Shown here: piece after piece, positions 37,901 through 51,515 of the stretch
Position numbering within the stretch: position 1 is the first letter of the stretch
Layout: each line of letters opens with the position of its first letter
Source of the DNA: Zancudomyces culisetae HAW-14-8
Taxonomy: Eukaryota > Fungi > Kickxellomycota
Length of the DNA: 64,000 nt
Reading direction: 5' to 3'
Assembly: GCA_052426225.1 (NCBI GenBank)
Contig: JBNJNM010000021.1
Coordinates: 1,922,001-1,986,000, forward strand
The notes under the pieces: model-generated
Told to the model about the DNA's origin: nothing
The model's input: only the letters and a program-made list of their open reading frames with translations
The model's database searches: none
Program-made: the position numbers and the translations under genes

Positions 37901-38930
37901 ACGGCAAAAGTTACAGGATCTGGATCCAAGGAATATTCTGGCTCGGGGGTGGTGACTGGGGTATTTTTATGAAATGGCCGGGATCTGACGACTGGTTCTC
38001 TTGGCTCAATTTTCTTCAGGATTGCTTTGGGAAGTTCAGGTCTGAGTGGTACTTTTGGCACAGGGGTTACTGGACGACGGGGCTCAGGAATTTGCTTGAC
38101 AACATGGTTATCTACTGGATTCTCAATAGCTGCGGGTTTGGGCAAACTTTGGGTTTCAGGTTCTGGAGTGACTGATTGGACTGGTGCAGGAACAGGTACA
38201 GGAAGCTTCTCTTCAATTCTGGCGTATGGATTTGACGGAGCTGGGCTGGGGAGATCAGGAGACGGAGGCGGTGAAAATCTTTGATTTTCAGTGTTTGAAT
38301 CGTCCAACTTGACCGATTCGAGCAACTTGGCACTGTGTGGAAGCAGGGTAGTTGATAATCTATTCAACACCCTTTGGAGGATGGTTGGGTTTGTGGACGT
38401 ATTCTGACTGGTATTTTGTTCTACTGGATCTGGATCTGGTTCATCAGGTGACTTGAACACGGCCTGGATCGAGTGGGTATCAACACAATTTGTTCTGCAA
38501 AAGTCAGAGTCAAAGTGGATCTGGAGGTCTGGCCAAGTTATACTAGGAATGTGTTTGCGTAACCAGGGTAATCCAAAAATAATGTCAGCGTGATTGGTTG
38601 GAATCGGGATAAGGTCTAGGTGTTCAGAGTGGTTAGGACCGGACTTGATATGGGCATTATCAACCTTGACATTTATGCCCCCTGGGTATATCTGGTGACC
38701 ATCAACACTTTCTAGGACGATGGTTTTTTCTCTTCTTTGGTTGGGAGGTTTAGTTTTTCTAATAAATCTTGACGAATAAAGTTGGCTGAAGCACCGGAGT
38801 CCACTAATGCAACAATTTCGTGAATATTATTTAAAACAACTTTAATATGAAATTTATTACTAGAAATATTAGAATTATTTGCTACGCTCAGATGTAACTC
38901 CCGGACTACATCTGAGCACTGTCTTTTGGC
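34978..38930 (-). CDS. Gypsy pol: protease, Pro-rich spacer, RT, RNase H, integrase, chromodomain (one frameshift near 38725)
   Basis: ALVDSGASANFI (~38800, outside the ORF track), YLDD, ETDASD, HHCC, MDFITDLP, SDRG, GQTERVN, GPF, EYEVKAILDS...FLVDWKGF...SWEP. Confidence 0.93.
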
Positions 38931-39859
38931 ACCCCAGGTATAGGGGGTCTTGGCCTGCGGAGCGGACAGTTACGGAGAATGTGGTTCGGCTGACCACAGT
39001 ATAGACAAAGATTATTGGCTAATCTTCTCTGGCGTTCGGCTGTATCTAGCGGTGCTCTTGGACGGGAGGTGACGGCATCAACGTCCATTGGTTCAGGAGC
39101 CTGGTGATCTGGGACAGGCATGGCTGGACGGGGGAAGACCGGTGGAGCCGGAGTACTCCAGTTGCGGAATGGGACGCTTCTCTTGGGCAGGTAGGCACTG
39201 CGGGCATTGATCCTGTTCTCAAGCTCAATCACCTGATCAATGAGCTGATCCAAGGTGTTTGGTAGCGGTTCAGTGGCAAGGCGCTGGACAAGGCTAGTAT
39301 CCAATCCGATGTAAAACAGGTGGATTTTGGCTGGCTCGTTGAATCCACTGAGAGAGGCGAGGTTTCTGAACTCGGTTGCAAATTCCAGGACGGAACGCTG
39401 GGACTGGCGGCAACTATGAAGCTGGGTGATAGCTCGGGCTTGGTGGCCAGGATCTGAGAATCTCTTTTGAAATTCATTCTCAAACCCTTTGAAATCTGAG
39501 AGCAACGGTGATTGGGTATCGATAAGGTTATCGAACCACAGGGCAGCATGACCGGCAAGGTGAGAACTGATGAACCATATCTTGTTATGGTCACTCTGGA
39601 ACACGTCTGGTCTGGCCCAGAACTGGCGCTTGATCTCGGCGGTGAAGGCTCGGAACCTTCCTGATTCTCCTGAGTATTTCTGGATTTCTGGTATTCTGAT
39701 ACCATCAATCCTTGGCTGCGGATTTGGTGCAGGCAAATTCTGCAACTGACTGGGGACTTGGGCGGGTGTCTGGGCTTGAGCCTGGGCTTGAGCTTGACTT
39801 TCTTGCAAAGCTTGTTGCATAGCTAATTTTGCGATCTCATCTAATTGGTGGACCATCAT
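38906..39859 (-). CDS. Gypsy gag
   Basis: Retrotransposon gag core (RQSQRSVLEFATEFR), PEPMDVD, zinc knuckle CLYCGQPNHILRNC; exact ATG uncertain. Confidence 0.92.
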   Translation of the reverse strand: MMVHQLDEIAKLAMQQALQESQAQAQAQAQTPAQVPSQLQNLPAPNPQPRIDGIRIPEIQKYSGESGRFRAFTAEIKRQFWARPDVFQSDHNKIWFISSHLAGHAALWFDNLIDTQSPLLSDFKGFENEFQKRFSDPGHQARAITQLHSCRQSQRSVLEFATEFRNLASLSGFNEPAKIHLFYIGLDTSLVQRLATEPLPNTLDQLIDQVIELENRINARSAYLPKRSVPFRNWSTPAPPVFPRPAMPVPDHQAPEPMDVDAVTSRPRAPLDTAERQRRLANNLCLYCGQPNHILRNCPLRRPRPPIPGVPKDSAQM

Positions 39860-40015
39860 TAACTCTTCAACCAATAATTAGAAGTTTCCCTAAATGTCAG
39901 GAAACTAATTTATTTAAGTTGGGAAACTTAATGTTCCCAAGATAGGATTCAAAGGTAATTAAATATGTTTAAAAATAAATATAGAAACTTATGGGTAAAT
40001 AATGCGATTCTGACA

Positions 40016-43000
40016 GACAGACATCACTGTATAATTTTTATAAAATAGGTAAAACTAACTAAATAAAATAAATTTATACCATATATAAACTGATTTCCCC
40101 TGTTTCCTGATGAATCTTTACCATCTTTTCTTTCGCTAGGTACTCAACCAGCTTATAAAAAATACATAGTATTTATAAAAGTCATTAGTTAAATTTTCAA
40201 TAATGAGTCAAAATGCAAACGTTACATTTTAAGTTTTGCAACAGATTTTGGTGAGATTATCAGCTCTTGAAAAACAAAACGCACCAACTGATCACATGTC
40301 AGTATCAGAAATCAGTGATTCAGCAAACATCACTGTTCCATCAATCGTTGATGCAGTCGACGATGATTCAGTTGAAAACTTCGTGGTTGCCAGACCATCA
40401 CCATCAGACCTGGTCATGTATCCAAAACTGCAAAAGGCGCTACCAACAGTTGAACAGGATTTCTTTTGGACACCACTGGCAGATGTCGAACGCAAGAAGT
40501 TTTACGCAGCCAACCAAGAAACTCTGGCATGGATTATGAACCACCAGAGGAAAACATCAAGTTTTCAGGTGACAATAAACGTACTGATGCGATGTTATAT
40601 GACATCCAGTACCGTTTATCAGCCGTTACAAGACCTTTGGATTACTTTATGCACGAAGCAATCCGTGACGGAGGTGCAGTCAGTGCCGAAAAACTTGCAG
40701 TTTTTATCAACTCAATCAGAGTTTTACTTGCGGATGTTGCATCCAATATCACGCAACAAAGAATCAAACTGTCATACAAAGCCTCAGGAGTACCATCAGA
40801 TCCTCCAGAAATGGTTTCAACATCAAGGAAGCCTCTCGTGGACATACAGCAGATGCTCGAAGTTAAAGCAGCTGCAAATACATTGCAGCGTGCAACAAAA
40901 AATGTGCAGCAGAGAAGACCAAGATTCAACGCAACCAGGACCTTCCCAAGCATTCCGTTTCAGCCATCAGTTAACCAGAATGTTCAAGCAGAGCCGCAGC
41001 AGATCCAACAACAACGACAACACAAATCCGCTGCTACTGGCGGTAATTTTCGGTTTGCAAACAGCAGCAAACACCGAAAGTAGGAGGGAGACTGAGGATG
41101 TTCCAGGAGGCTTGGATGCGCCTCACAGATCACAAATGGATACTCCAAGTGATCTCAGAAGGGTTCAGAATCCCCTTCAAAACGCATCCACCGACGGTCA
41201 AGCAGAAAAAACCGTTAGGTTACAACTTGAAAAAGCTTCCAGAAAAAGTGGTCGAACAGGAGATAGCAAACCTCCTGTCAAAGAAAGCAATAGAGGAAGC
41301 TTCATCCGCGCAGCCAGGGTTCTACTCAAATCCGTTTACAATCCCAAAGAAGAACGGAGGCACGCGGATGGTACTGAATTTAAGACCGTTAAATCAGTAC
41401 ATCCCACAGCGACATTTCAAGATGGAGTCGCTCACAACTATCTCCAGAATGATCCGCAAAGGGGATTATATGACCAGCATAGACCTCAGCAATGCATTTC
41501 TACACGTATTGATCAACAAAACGTCCAGAAAGTATCTCAGGTTTACATGGGGCGGTCGCACCTACCAGTACAAGGTGCTCCCATTTGGTCTATCTTTAAG
41601 CCCACTAGTATTCACAAAAATACTAAAACCAGTACTGAAATGGGCCAGAGCTCGCGGGATACGAATGTCGAGCTACTTAGACGATTTGTTAATCTTAGGA
41701 TCAACAAAAACAGAGTGTCTAAAGTTCACAAATATGGTTTCCAAGAAACTGGTGAAACTGGGATTCCTGATCAACCAGGAAAAGTCATCAATACATCCCA
41801 AACAATGTATTACGCATCTTGGGATGGACATCAACAGCCGTCAGATGAGTTTCAAGATACCCAAACAGAAACTCAAAGATTTAGCGAGAGAGGCATCCAG
41901 GTTGATACACAAAGGGTGTACAACACTGAAGGATCTGGCATCATTCATTGGCAAAACGCAGGCAGTGAATATAGCACTCAGACCAGGACGACTGATGAGC
42001 AGGAGGTTGTTAGAGCTCAAAAACAACACTCTGAAACGCACCACGGATTGGAGTTCACAAGTAACACTGAATCAGCACGCACTGGACAATCTGACGTGGT
42101 GGAGGGACCATCAGAAGCAATGGAATGGTCTATGCTTCCTTCCGGAGATCCCAGAGATAGAAGTATATAAGGATGCGAGCGACAATCACTGGGGGATAGT
42201 GATAGACAGCAATCAGTATACGGGGACATGGACACGACAACAGATGAAGCTCCCTATCAATGCGAAGGAATTATTAGCAATCCAGTATGCAGTGAAGCTG
42301 CCGCAGGTTCAGGGAAAGAGTGTTGTTGTATATTGCGACAACAACACTTCAATCAGCTACATCAAGAAGCATGGGAGAACCAAATCAGTGAATCTGATGG
42401 ACATTTCAGAAGCAATTTGGAAACATTGCATCAGCAATGGCACTCGGGTTCAGATTCAGTATGTGCCATCAATACTGAATCCAGCGGATGCACCATCACG
42501 TTTAACAGCTCAAACAGAGTGGTCACTATCAGACAAGATGTTTCAGAAGATACAGAAACAGTTTGGTCCACACGATGTGGACATGTTTGCCAACAACAAC
42601 AACCACAAACTACCAACATTTGTGAGTTGGAAATGGACACCAGAAGCAGCGAAAACGAATGCATTCAATCTTGATTGGAGCATTTGGACGAATCCATACC
42701 TTTGTCCACCATGGAATCTGATACAGAAAACACTACAGAAGATCAGACAGGACAAAGTATCAGCGACATTGATAACACCGTTTTGGAGGTCAGCACCATG
42801 GTATCCAGACCTCAAGAGCATGCTAATAGCTCCACCGATCAAGATATTAGCTCCACATATAATTCCGGATCCAAAAAGCGGAAAGCAAGTGACACAGATA
42901 AACAAAACATGGTCGCTTACGGCTTCGAAATTAAGCGCGCACGCCTTGAAAAAACGGGTTTAAAAGATTCAGTTATCACGTTAATGACAACTGGTAAACG

Positions 43001-44075
43001 AAATATGGCAAAACAAAAACAATATTACAACATCAAGGTAAAGTTTATTAAGTGGTTAGAGTCTGCAAAACTTGATGTTAATAACGTTTCAGTTGTTGAT
43101 GTTATCAATTTCCTTGATGAACATCGTATTAGTAACAATTTAAAAGTTGGTACTATAAAAAACTACAAGTCAGCAATCATCGATATTAATGCAGATTGGC
43201 GAACATTTAGCAGCGATATTTTGATGATTGATTATTTAAAACAGCTCGATTCAACTTCAGTTCGATCTTTTAACAACCCTAACTACGATATTAATCCGAT
43301 TATCGAACATATTAAAAATTTTGGTTCAAATTTTAAAATGAGCAAGCAAAATTTAACAATTAAATTTTGTTGGTTGCTAGCAATTTGTGGATTTTTGAGA
43401 CCTTCTGACATTGAACGAATCGATGATTCAAAGACGGAAATCAATAAAGATTATGTTAAATTTGTTATTGTTGGACCAAAAGAAAAGCGAAGTGGAAATC
43501 CGATTGAAAAGGTCAGTATAATCCACGCACATAGCGACTATAAATTATGTCCTGTAGTAACATACAGAGCATATAAAAAACGCATTGTAACTTTTCCGAG
43601 TGTTGCAAACCATCCGATCCTCGATGGAGTACAATTGCACTACCTTATCCGCAAATTAAAATATAACCACAAACACATTGGGGCACAACGAATCAGTAAA
43701 CACTTAAATCCATTGATGTCACTCTTGCAGTTGCCAAAAAGCGCAAAGTTACCAAAAGCTCGAGCATTAGGATCTACTAGAGCTACAAAGCTAGGTGCGA
43801 CATACGACGATGTTATTGCACAAGGATTTTGGGCAAGTAAAGGTATATTTGATACTTATTATCAATTATCACGTAGAACTCGTGAAAATTTAACTCAATT
43901 TATCTTGAACTCTGAAGCTACATAATTGTATCTGGATAAGTGAAGCATAATATTATGTTTAGTTGAATGAAATGAAAACTTATTATTATTATGCGAACAT
44001 CCAGATACAATTATGTCCCACCCAATTCCCACCCATACCTAGCTCAACGATGGTAAAGATTCATCAGGTAACAGG
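40016..44075 (+). mobile_element. DIRS copy 3: gag disrupted, RT/RH/MT 41098-42963 and YR 42675-43925 open, 3' ITR decayed
   Basis: gag ATG at 40203 meets TAA at 40230 and a frameshift near 40512; ICR at ~43921-44015; the 5' ITR continues at 34390-34414 across the gypsy insertion. Confidence 0.95.
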
Positions 44076-47000
44076 TGATAATATATTGATATGGATAAAA
44101 TTCCATTTATTACTGTTGTACATAACATTTTTGATTTTACGTATTGTCCAGCAAATCACAATACCTCGTTAAAGTTTAGATAATCTACAAAAATACATGG
44201 ATATATTATTTTTATTATCACAATGATATATTTCAGTTTCACTTTATATTTGATTATTTATCATAAATTTTGCTTTGTGCATATGATATAACCAGATTTT
44301 AGTATATCACTTAATTATATTATTGATGTTGTTACAATAAATATACTATATATTATCAATTCATAGAAAAATTATAAGTTAATTAATAATATATAATTAA
44401 TGTGTCTCAGAATAATTTAAACATTTAAATATCTTAAAATATAATAATATTTTACAATTAAATAAATATGTTTAATATTATTATGATGCATGAAGCATTG
44501 ACATGTATATTTTAAATCCAATTATTATAATTAGCTGTTATAGTAATACAATATATTAGCTTTATATAATATTTAAAACTGTAATTATTTCCCGATAATC
44601 GGTAATTTATTTATATATTGTTAAATAATATGTTATATTTATTTATTCTATTATAGGTAAATATTTATTTATTCAAGTATAGGTATATATTTATTTATAA
44701 CTGATATTATATATGTATATATATAGTAATAACAATATATATTGTTACATGATAAATATATTGATATCTTCACTTTTAGGGATATATATGAACATAGCAT
44801 CAAATATGAATGTATTCGTAGATCTAAATATTCATTGGTAATATCACATATTAATTTAATTTAAGAATAATTTTTGAATGATAATTATAAAGTGCAATAT
44901 TAATAGTTATAATAAAGCTTAACATATAAATGTATGATAATATTATGCACGTAAATAATACCATTTAATAAACAAATTTTTTCATGTAAACAAAATGATG
45001 TTTATTATATTGAATCAAAATAAAATATTATTTAAAGTTAATTATAGTAATGTAAGTTAGTTACAAAATTTATATAATATATATAATTAATATACATATT
45101 GTTGTAATAATAATAATAAATATTTTGTTTTATATTAAAATATATATTATACCTTGATTTTATATTATATCAATGCAATAACAATGATCAAATTGTGTTA
45201 TTATAGTTAGAATAGAATTACCCGTCATAATATTTTAGAGTTTAAAACTTAGATATTATATAATATATTTTATTAATTCATATAATTATATTATATATTA
45301 TTTTTTTAAGACATTAATATAGTATGTATGTATTCTATCATACCATTATAATAAAATCTACAAATATCAATATTGAAAATAATCATAATTTTATGTAATA
45401 ATTAATATTATAAATGCCATACAAAATTAAATATTTTAAATATTTGTAAATGAAATATATTACTTTACATTATAATAAATAATGTTTTACTATAATAGAT
45501 CATATACTAGTTTTCATAATTATGAATTTTTACATCGATAATAATTTATAAAAATTATAAAACTTAGTTACAATTATATTTAGATATACATTATCAAAAT
45601 TATAATGTGATTAAATTGATTTATATGTTTATATAGCAAATAAAATATTATATATACATTTGGCCAACGATTTAATTGTTATAAAGTTTTGAATATTATA
45701 TATAGAGTCGTATATATATATTAATTATGATGTATAGTTCGATTATTTGATATAATTAGATTTTTACATTATATTATATTTATTATTTGAGCCACATTTG
45801 ATGGAGAATTATATTAATAATATATAATATAATATTAGATAGAAAACTAATATTAAAAATAGGTATTTATGGAAATATTATAATAGACTTTAATATATAA
45901 TATATTATGATATGTATGTTGAATAACTAAATAATTAAAAATTTGTATAATTGGATGATATTGATAATTTGCTAGCAAATAACTATAATGTGATCTACTT
46001 TATATACATTTTTCACTACACATGTTTATTATTAAATTCTATATAATGTTTTTTTAAATTAATTCAATACATTGTCATATATATAAACGTATATCAAACA
46101 ATTTATCCATTATGATTGATGCAAAATATTATTATAATTCAATAATATTTAATTAGTATGCGTTATGCATATAGTAAATGCCATGCTTTTTTTTAAATTT
46201 AGAATTCTATACTCAATAATATTTATATTAAGTTGAAATATAAATATTGCACGTCAAACGACATTATGAATTTATTATAACATATAATGACTTTTATATT
46301 AATGCCAAAACATACATCATGTATGATATAATAAAACATTATTATAATTTAGTTTAACACATAAAATACATGATATAATAGTATGTAAATATATAGTTTA
46401 TACATCTAAAAACAATCAACTAATATATATTTTAAAATGAACGAATGATATATATATATATATATATAATTATAATATTTGTAAAAAATTTATAACATAA
46501 TTTGTATATTTATATATTTATGAATAACTAAATAAAACATAATATTATGATAATATAAATATAATTATATCGTATATATTTATATCATGTATTTGTTATG
46601 TCACGATGTATAAGTTTAAAACATTATGCTTAAGACATTATATAAAGGTATTGTATTGAACATGCTTGTGTATATTATATATTTTTGTAAAATTATCAAG
46701 TAACCGAATGATTTATGAACATGATATATTAATTATCATAATATTATGTCTCATATATTTAATTATTATATATACCAACCATTTGTCTAAATGATTATAT
46801 TTAAAACTAAACATAAAATATACATTTCAATAATACTATTTAATAAAATTAGATCCATGTTTGTATCAATTATTCATATACACGGGTTCAATTGTTGAAC
46901 GATGATTTTAAGGTTATATACATATTTTATATATAATAACAAGTATAAATATAGTTAATCAAAATTCAATATTATTGTAATTGAAAATATAATTTTGGAT

Positions 47001-49650
47001 AATAACCGAATTATATATTATAACATATAAGGAATGCATGAACAATATTAATTATAATTATTGCATGTTTAAAATATAGATGTTAGTTTATTATTTACAT
47101 ATTACATATGTAACATAATATAATGATAATAACATATCACATTACAAATAATAATATGTTATGCATTCAATAATATAATTTTATTATTATATTGACTGTG
47201 TAATTGTACTTTGATTAAAAAAAATTGATATATATATTTCATCAAATAAGATTAAATATTATAAAATGTTGTAAACAATTATTTATTTAATATAACAAAA
47301 AAATTATAATGATATTTAATGTTTTCGTATTTAAAATTTCCAAAACTTTAATAAAACTATAATATATTAATATATTTTATTTAAAAATCATTATGGCGTA
47401 TACACTTATAATCTGTGTTTATAATAATTTCATACAATATTGTTAATTTATGTTTATGTAATAACATGTGCAATCATATATTGATAAAATTTTTACAAAA
47501 ATAAGGTATATATGTATCGTGTTGATATATATATATATACATTAATAAATCAGGTTTTACATTATATCTAAAATTAATAAAGTTATGTTTATATAGTAAT
47601 AAATAAAAAATAATTGTATTTTAATATATGGTAATCTAATGTTATAATATATATATATTGATGATAGATTTATATATTAAATCATATAATGATTAATTAA
47701 GAATTATTATTTAAATCATGAATTAAAATTATATTTTATAATGTGTATTTTGCTAATTATATATTATACTATATTACCAACAGTTATTGCAAACATTATA
47801 TTAATTTGCTAAAAATTTAAATTTAATATCTGATATGTAATAATATTAAAACAATAAATTTTAAGTTTAGGCATGATAATAGTTAATATATCATCGATTA
47901 TAATTAAAAATATATTTTTAGACAATTAATTCATATTTATTCAACATGAATAATACATAATATTATATATTATTATGTTAGTGATGATTGTATACATATT
48001 AAATAAATTAGTTATTAATTATTAGTGATTCAATAAAATTATAATTATTATGTATATATTTACATTTATTATATAAGTATATTATTATTTATAATAAAAT
48101 TATTACAAATATGATACTTTATCTATACATAGAAACTATTATTATATATATTAATAGTAATAATTATAGTTTATTAATAATACATATGATTGTTATAAAA
48201 TTTTAATACAATTATTTATCAAATATTTATTATAGAAGCGACAACATCATAAGTATGTGATAATGTTTTATCTATATAGTAAATTTATATATGAATGTAT
48301 AGTTTAATTATAAAAAATAATTATTGTAAATATTAATAGGTTATTTATAATTATAAAATTATTTTTTTAGAATTGAATTACTATATATATATAAATTAAT
48401 GTAGAAAATAATAATAAAATTATACATATGATAATAATGATTATTAAATATCATTATGTTATTATCATCATTAATTTATGATATATATAATAAATAATAT
48501 ATTATATAAAATATGATTTATAGTATATACTATATAATTATATAATTCGATAAAATATATATGAACACTGATTATTCAAATTCTATGATAATATGCAATT
48601 GATAAATAATATTATATCATAAAATAAAGTATTTATCTGATGAAGTTGCCAATGTTGTAAATGTGAACAATGTGATGCCGTTTATTGTTAATAATATATC
48701 TAAAATAATCTTTTAAATATAAAAATACTATTAAACGTATACAAACCAATATTAAAATTTGATTGAACTAATACTGTTAATAATTTATTTCTATTTCATA
48801 TATGTATATAAATACATTTTGTCTATCAATATTGTTTATAGTTATGATGTATATGAATTACTTATTTTAAAAAATTTTATATAATATTATATTATTCATA
48901 TTATGAATATTTAATTAGTGTTTGACGAATTAAATCAAGATTTAAATATTATTATAATAAATATCATTGCTGTATTACATAATTTATGTATTATTATATT
49001 GTTAAATATAAATAAGTGACACGGATAAAATTGTAGATTGTATTTTTGTTTTCATTGTATATCAGGTGCAATACTACAATGTCATGAAAGTGAATGACAG
49101 TTATATTATACATAAATATATTATATTTCATATAAGATATAAATTTAGCTATCAAAAATACAAGTGTAATCATTTTATTTACACTTATTGCATTGTATTT
49201 ATTATTTAATATCCAGTAAATCATCTGTATTTATTTATATGATAATATACGATAATTGAACATTTTTATTGTATTCTATATCATATAGGTTATGAGGCTA
49301 TACATGTATAATATATCTTTATATTTTTTTAATATATTCATACGAACGTATATACGATATACATTTATATTAATATTGTTTTATCAATTCTATACACTTA
49401 AAAAATTATAATAATATTTAGTATTGTTAAAACTGTGATAACATATTTACACATTATACAAATTGCAGCTAAATTTTATAGTATAATGTGATAATTCTTA
49501 ACATTAATATTATAATTATAATACGATAGTTATTATATCATATGAAACCCAAATATAAAAACAAAATATATATATAAATAAATATTCGGAAATATATTAT
49601 AGACAATTCGATACAACGACAGACATTATTATTTTTTTAAAAATAAATAC
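44076..49650. other. Extremely AT-rich non-coding tract with faint remnants of transposon sequence
   Basis: Almost no ORFs, very few G/C, no tandem periodicity seen; flanking elements fade into it. Confidence 0.8.
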
Positions 49651-50632
49651 CTCGTAACTGTAGTTACTCAAATAGTGCAATATAGCTTGAAAAATAATGG
49701 TTTAGGTTCAAAACCTAAGGTCAAAAAGCCTATGCTAAAATTAAGCCATATTAAACAACGACTTGCATTTGCTAAAAAATATCAGTATTGGACTGCAGTA
49801 GACTGGAAACGTGTGAAATGGTCTATCGAGACTAAAATTAACTGATTTGGGTCAGATGGGCGCATGTGTACTGAAAAAAACAAGAGAGCCAGTTAAAACC
49901 GAACCATGTTAAAAAACTATAAAACATGATGAAGGTTTTAATCAATATATGTGAAGCATGACATCAGATGGCCCAATATATATTACAATAATTGAATGCG
50001 GACATAATACAGAATTGTTCTGTGATATTCTTGAAGACGAACTGGTAAAATCAATGGAGTGGTACGACTTAGGTAAAGTACAATTTTTCAGCATGATAAC
50101 GATTCATAACACACCGCGAAAATTACTAAAGAATGGTTGCAAACTAACTCAATTCAGGTGATTGACTGGCCAGCACAGTCACCTGACCTAAATCCAATTG
50201 AACATCTATGGGTCAGTTAGAAAACACGGATTTCAAATCACGAAAATGCACCAAAAAGAATGAACGAACTTTGGGACCGCGTACAAGACGAGTGGAATAA
50301 TATATCAGTGGCAAGTGTATGGCGCTAAATAGTAGCATGCCAACAAGAATTAATGCTGTATTGTAAGCTAGGGGTGGATATACATAATACTAGTTTAATT
50401 ACGTTTATATATTTTTTTAATTTTAGCAAAAAAATTGTTATAATTTAATATTTTTACGATAAATTTAACTACTATAGATTAGCTGGTTCAAGTATTGTAG
50501 AAATATGATAAGAATTTATGGTATATGGATGTAAAATGTTTGTAAATTTATAGTGATTCGATATAGCATTTGTGAGTTATATTAATTTTTTAATTACCAT
50601 CAAATACAATTAAACAATTTTTTGAGTAACTG
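49650..50632 (+). mobile_element. Tc1 family B transposase pseudogene plus 3' TIR
   Basis: [33 protein letters not shown]; inverted copy of 57647-58635. Confidence 0.88.
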
Positions 50633-51500
50633 TTAATGTTGGAAAATAATCATAGAGAATATCATATATTAAATTTTCAGAAATATATACAGTTTTGAAA
50701 CTTAATTAAATAAAAATTTTTGATTTTGTCCACATGCCTTTAGACTTAATAAACGTTTCAATTCATTTGGGATACTAAATATTATTCCAACTATTGTTTT
50801 CACAGTAAGTTGATTCAGTGCTGTAGATATTCGCTCCCATATTTCGATATTCCCGGACGGAGGTCTACTGTATCTATTTATGCGTCTTTTGATTATTGCC
50901 CATTGTCAGGACCTGACACTAAGTACTATAATTATAACTTGATACTTGATTTATTAAATAAAATACTATGGAATGAAAGTATTTTATTGCTAAAGATCTT
51001 CTTTGCAATAAAATCCTTTCATTTATATAATTTACCTAAACAGAATTATAATACGTAAAATAAAACTTAATCAAAATAAAACTAAAGAATGTTCAAACTA
51101 AAACATCGTAAATATTTTAACTGCAATATTTTTTTGAATTCCAGTTATTGAAACATTCTCCACAACGGGTAAAATGTTTAATAAGTTTTTTCAAATAAAT
51201 TCATTTTAGAATGAATTTAATTTGCGGAGAGAATGTTAAATAAATTTTAACATTTACTATTTTTAAGTGAAATTAAAAATAGCAGTTATGACATGATAAA
51301 TCATGACACCCATATAGTTTCGAACGGGTTAAAGTCTGGAGATTGTGGCGGCCAGTCCAATGTATTATATTCCTGGTTTTCAAGCCAGCATGTAACTAAC
51401 TTTGAGGTATGTTTAGAATCATTGTCATGTTGAAATATTATTGACTTGGGATCCAACTTGTAGTACTTTATTGTATTGCTAAGCTCGGCATTTAAAATGT
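50633..51500 (-). mobile_element. Tc1 family A 3' fragment interrupted by a solo LTR
   Basis: Reverse complement of ~57190-57646, split at CCCAT. Confidence 0.85.
50904..51308 (-). repeat. Solo LTR (405 bp)
   Basis: TGTCA...TGACA ends; perfect TSD CCCAT (50899-50903, 51309-51313); termini resemble the LTR at 51516-51825. Confidence 0.9.
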
Positions 51501-51515
51501 AAATATTTTTACTTG

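Larger units (their letters stand above)
34415..40015 (-). mobile_element. Full-length Ty3/gypsy chromovirus with 121-bp LTRs, inserted in a DIRS ITR
   Basis: LTRs at 34415-34535 and 39895-40015 (TGTCAG...CTGACA); perfect 5-bp TSD GACAG (34410-34414, 40016-40020); PPT-like GAAGGGATGATAA; gag and pol. Confidence 0.97.

Noticed and set aside
44076-49650. Classical RIP or a mitochondrial insertion as the cause of the AT tract
   Set aside because: Adjacent duplicated elements keep their CpA/TpG sites and open ORFs, and no mitochondrial gene motifs were recognised.
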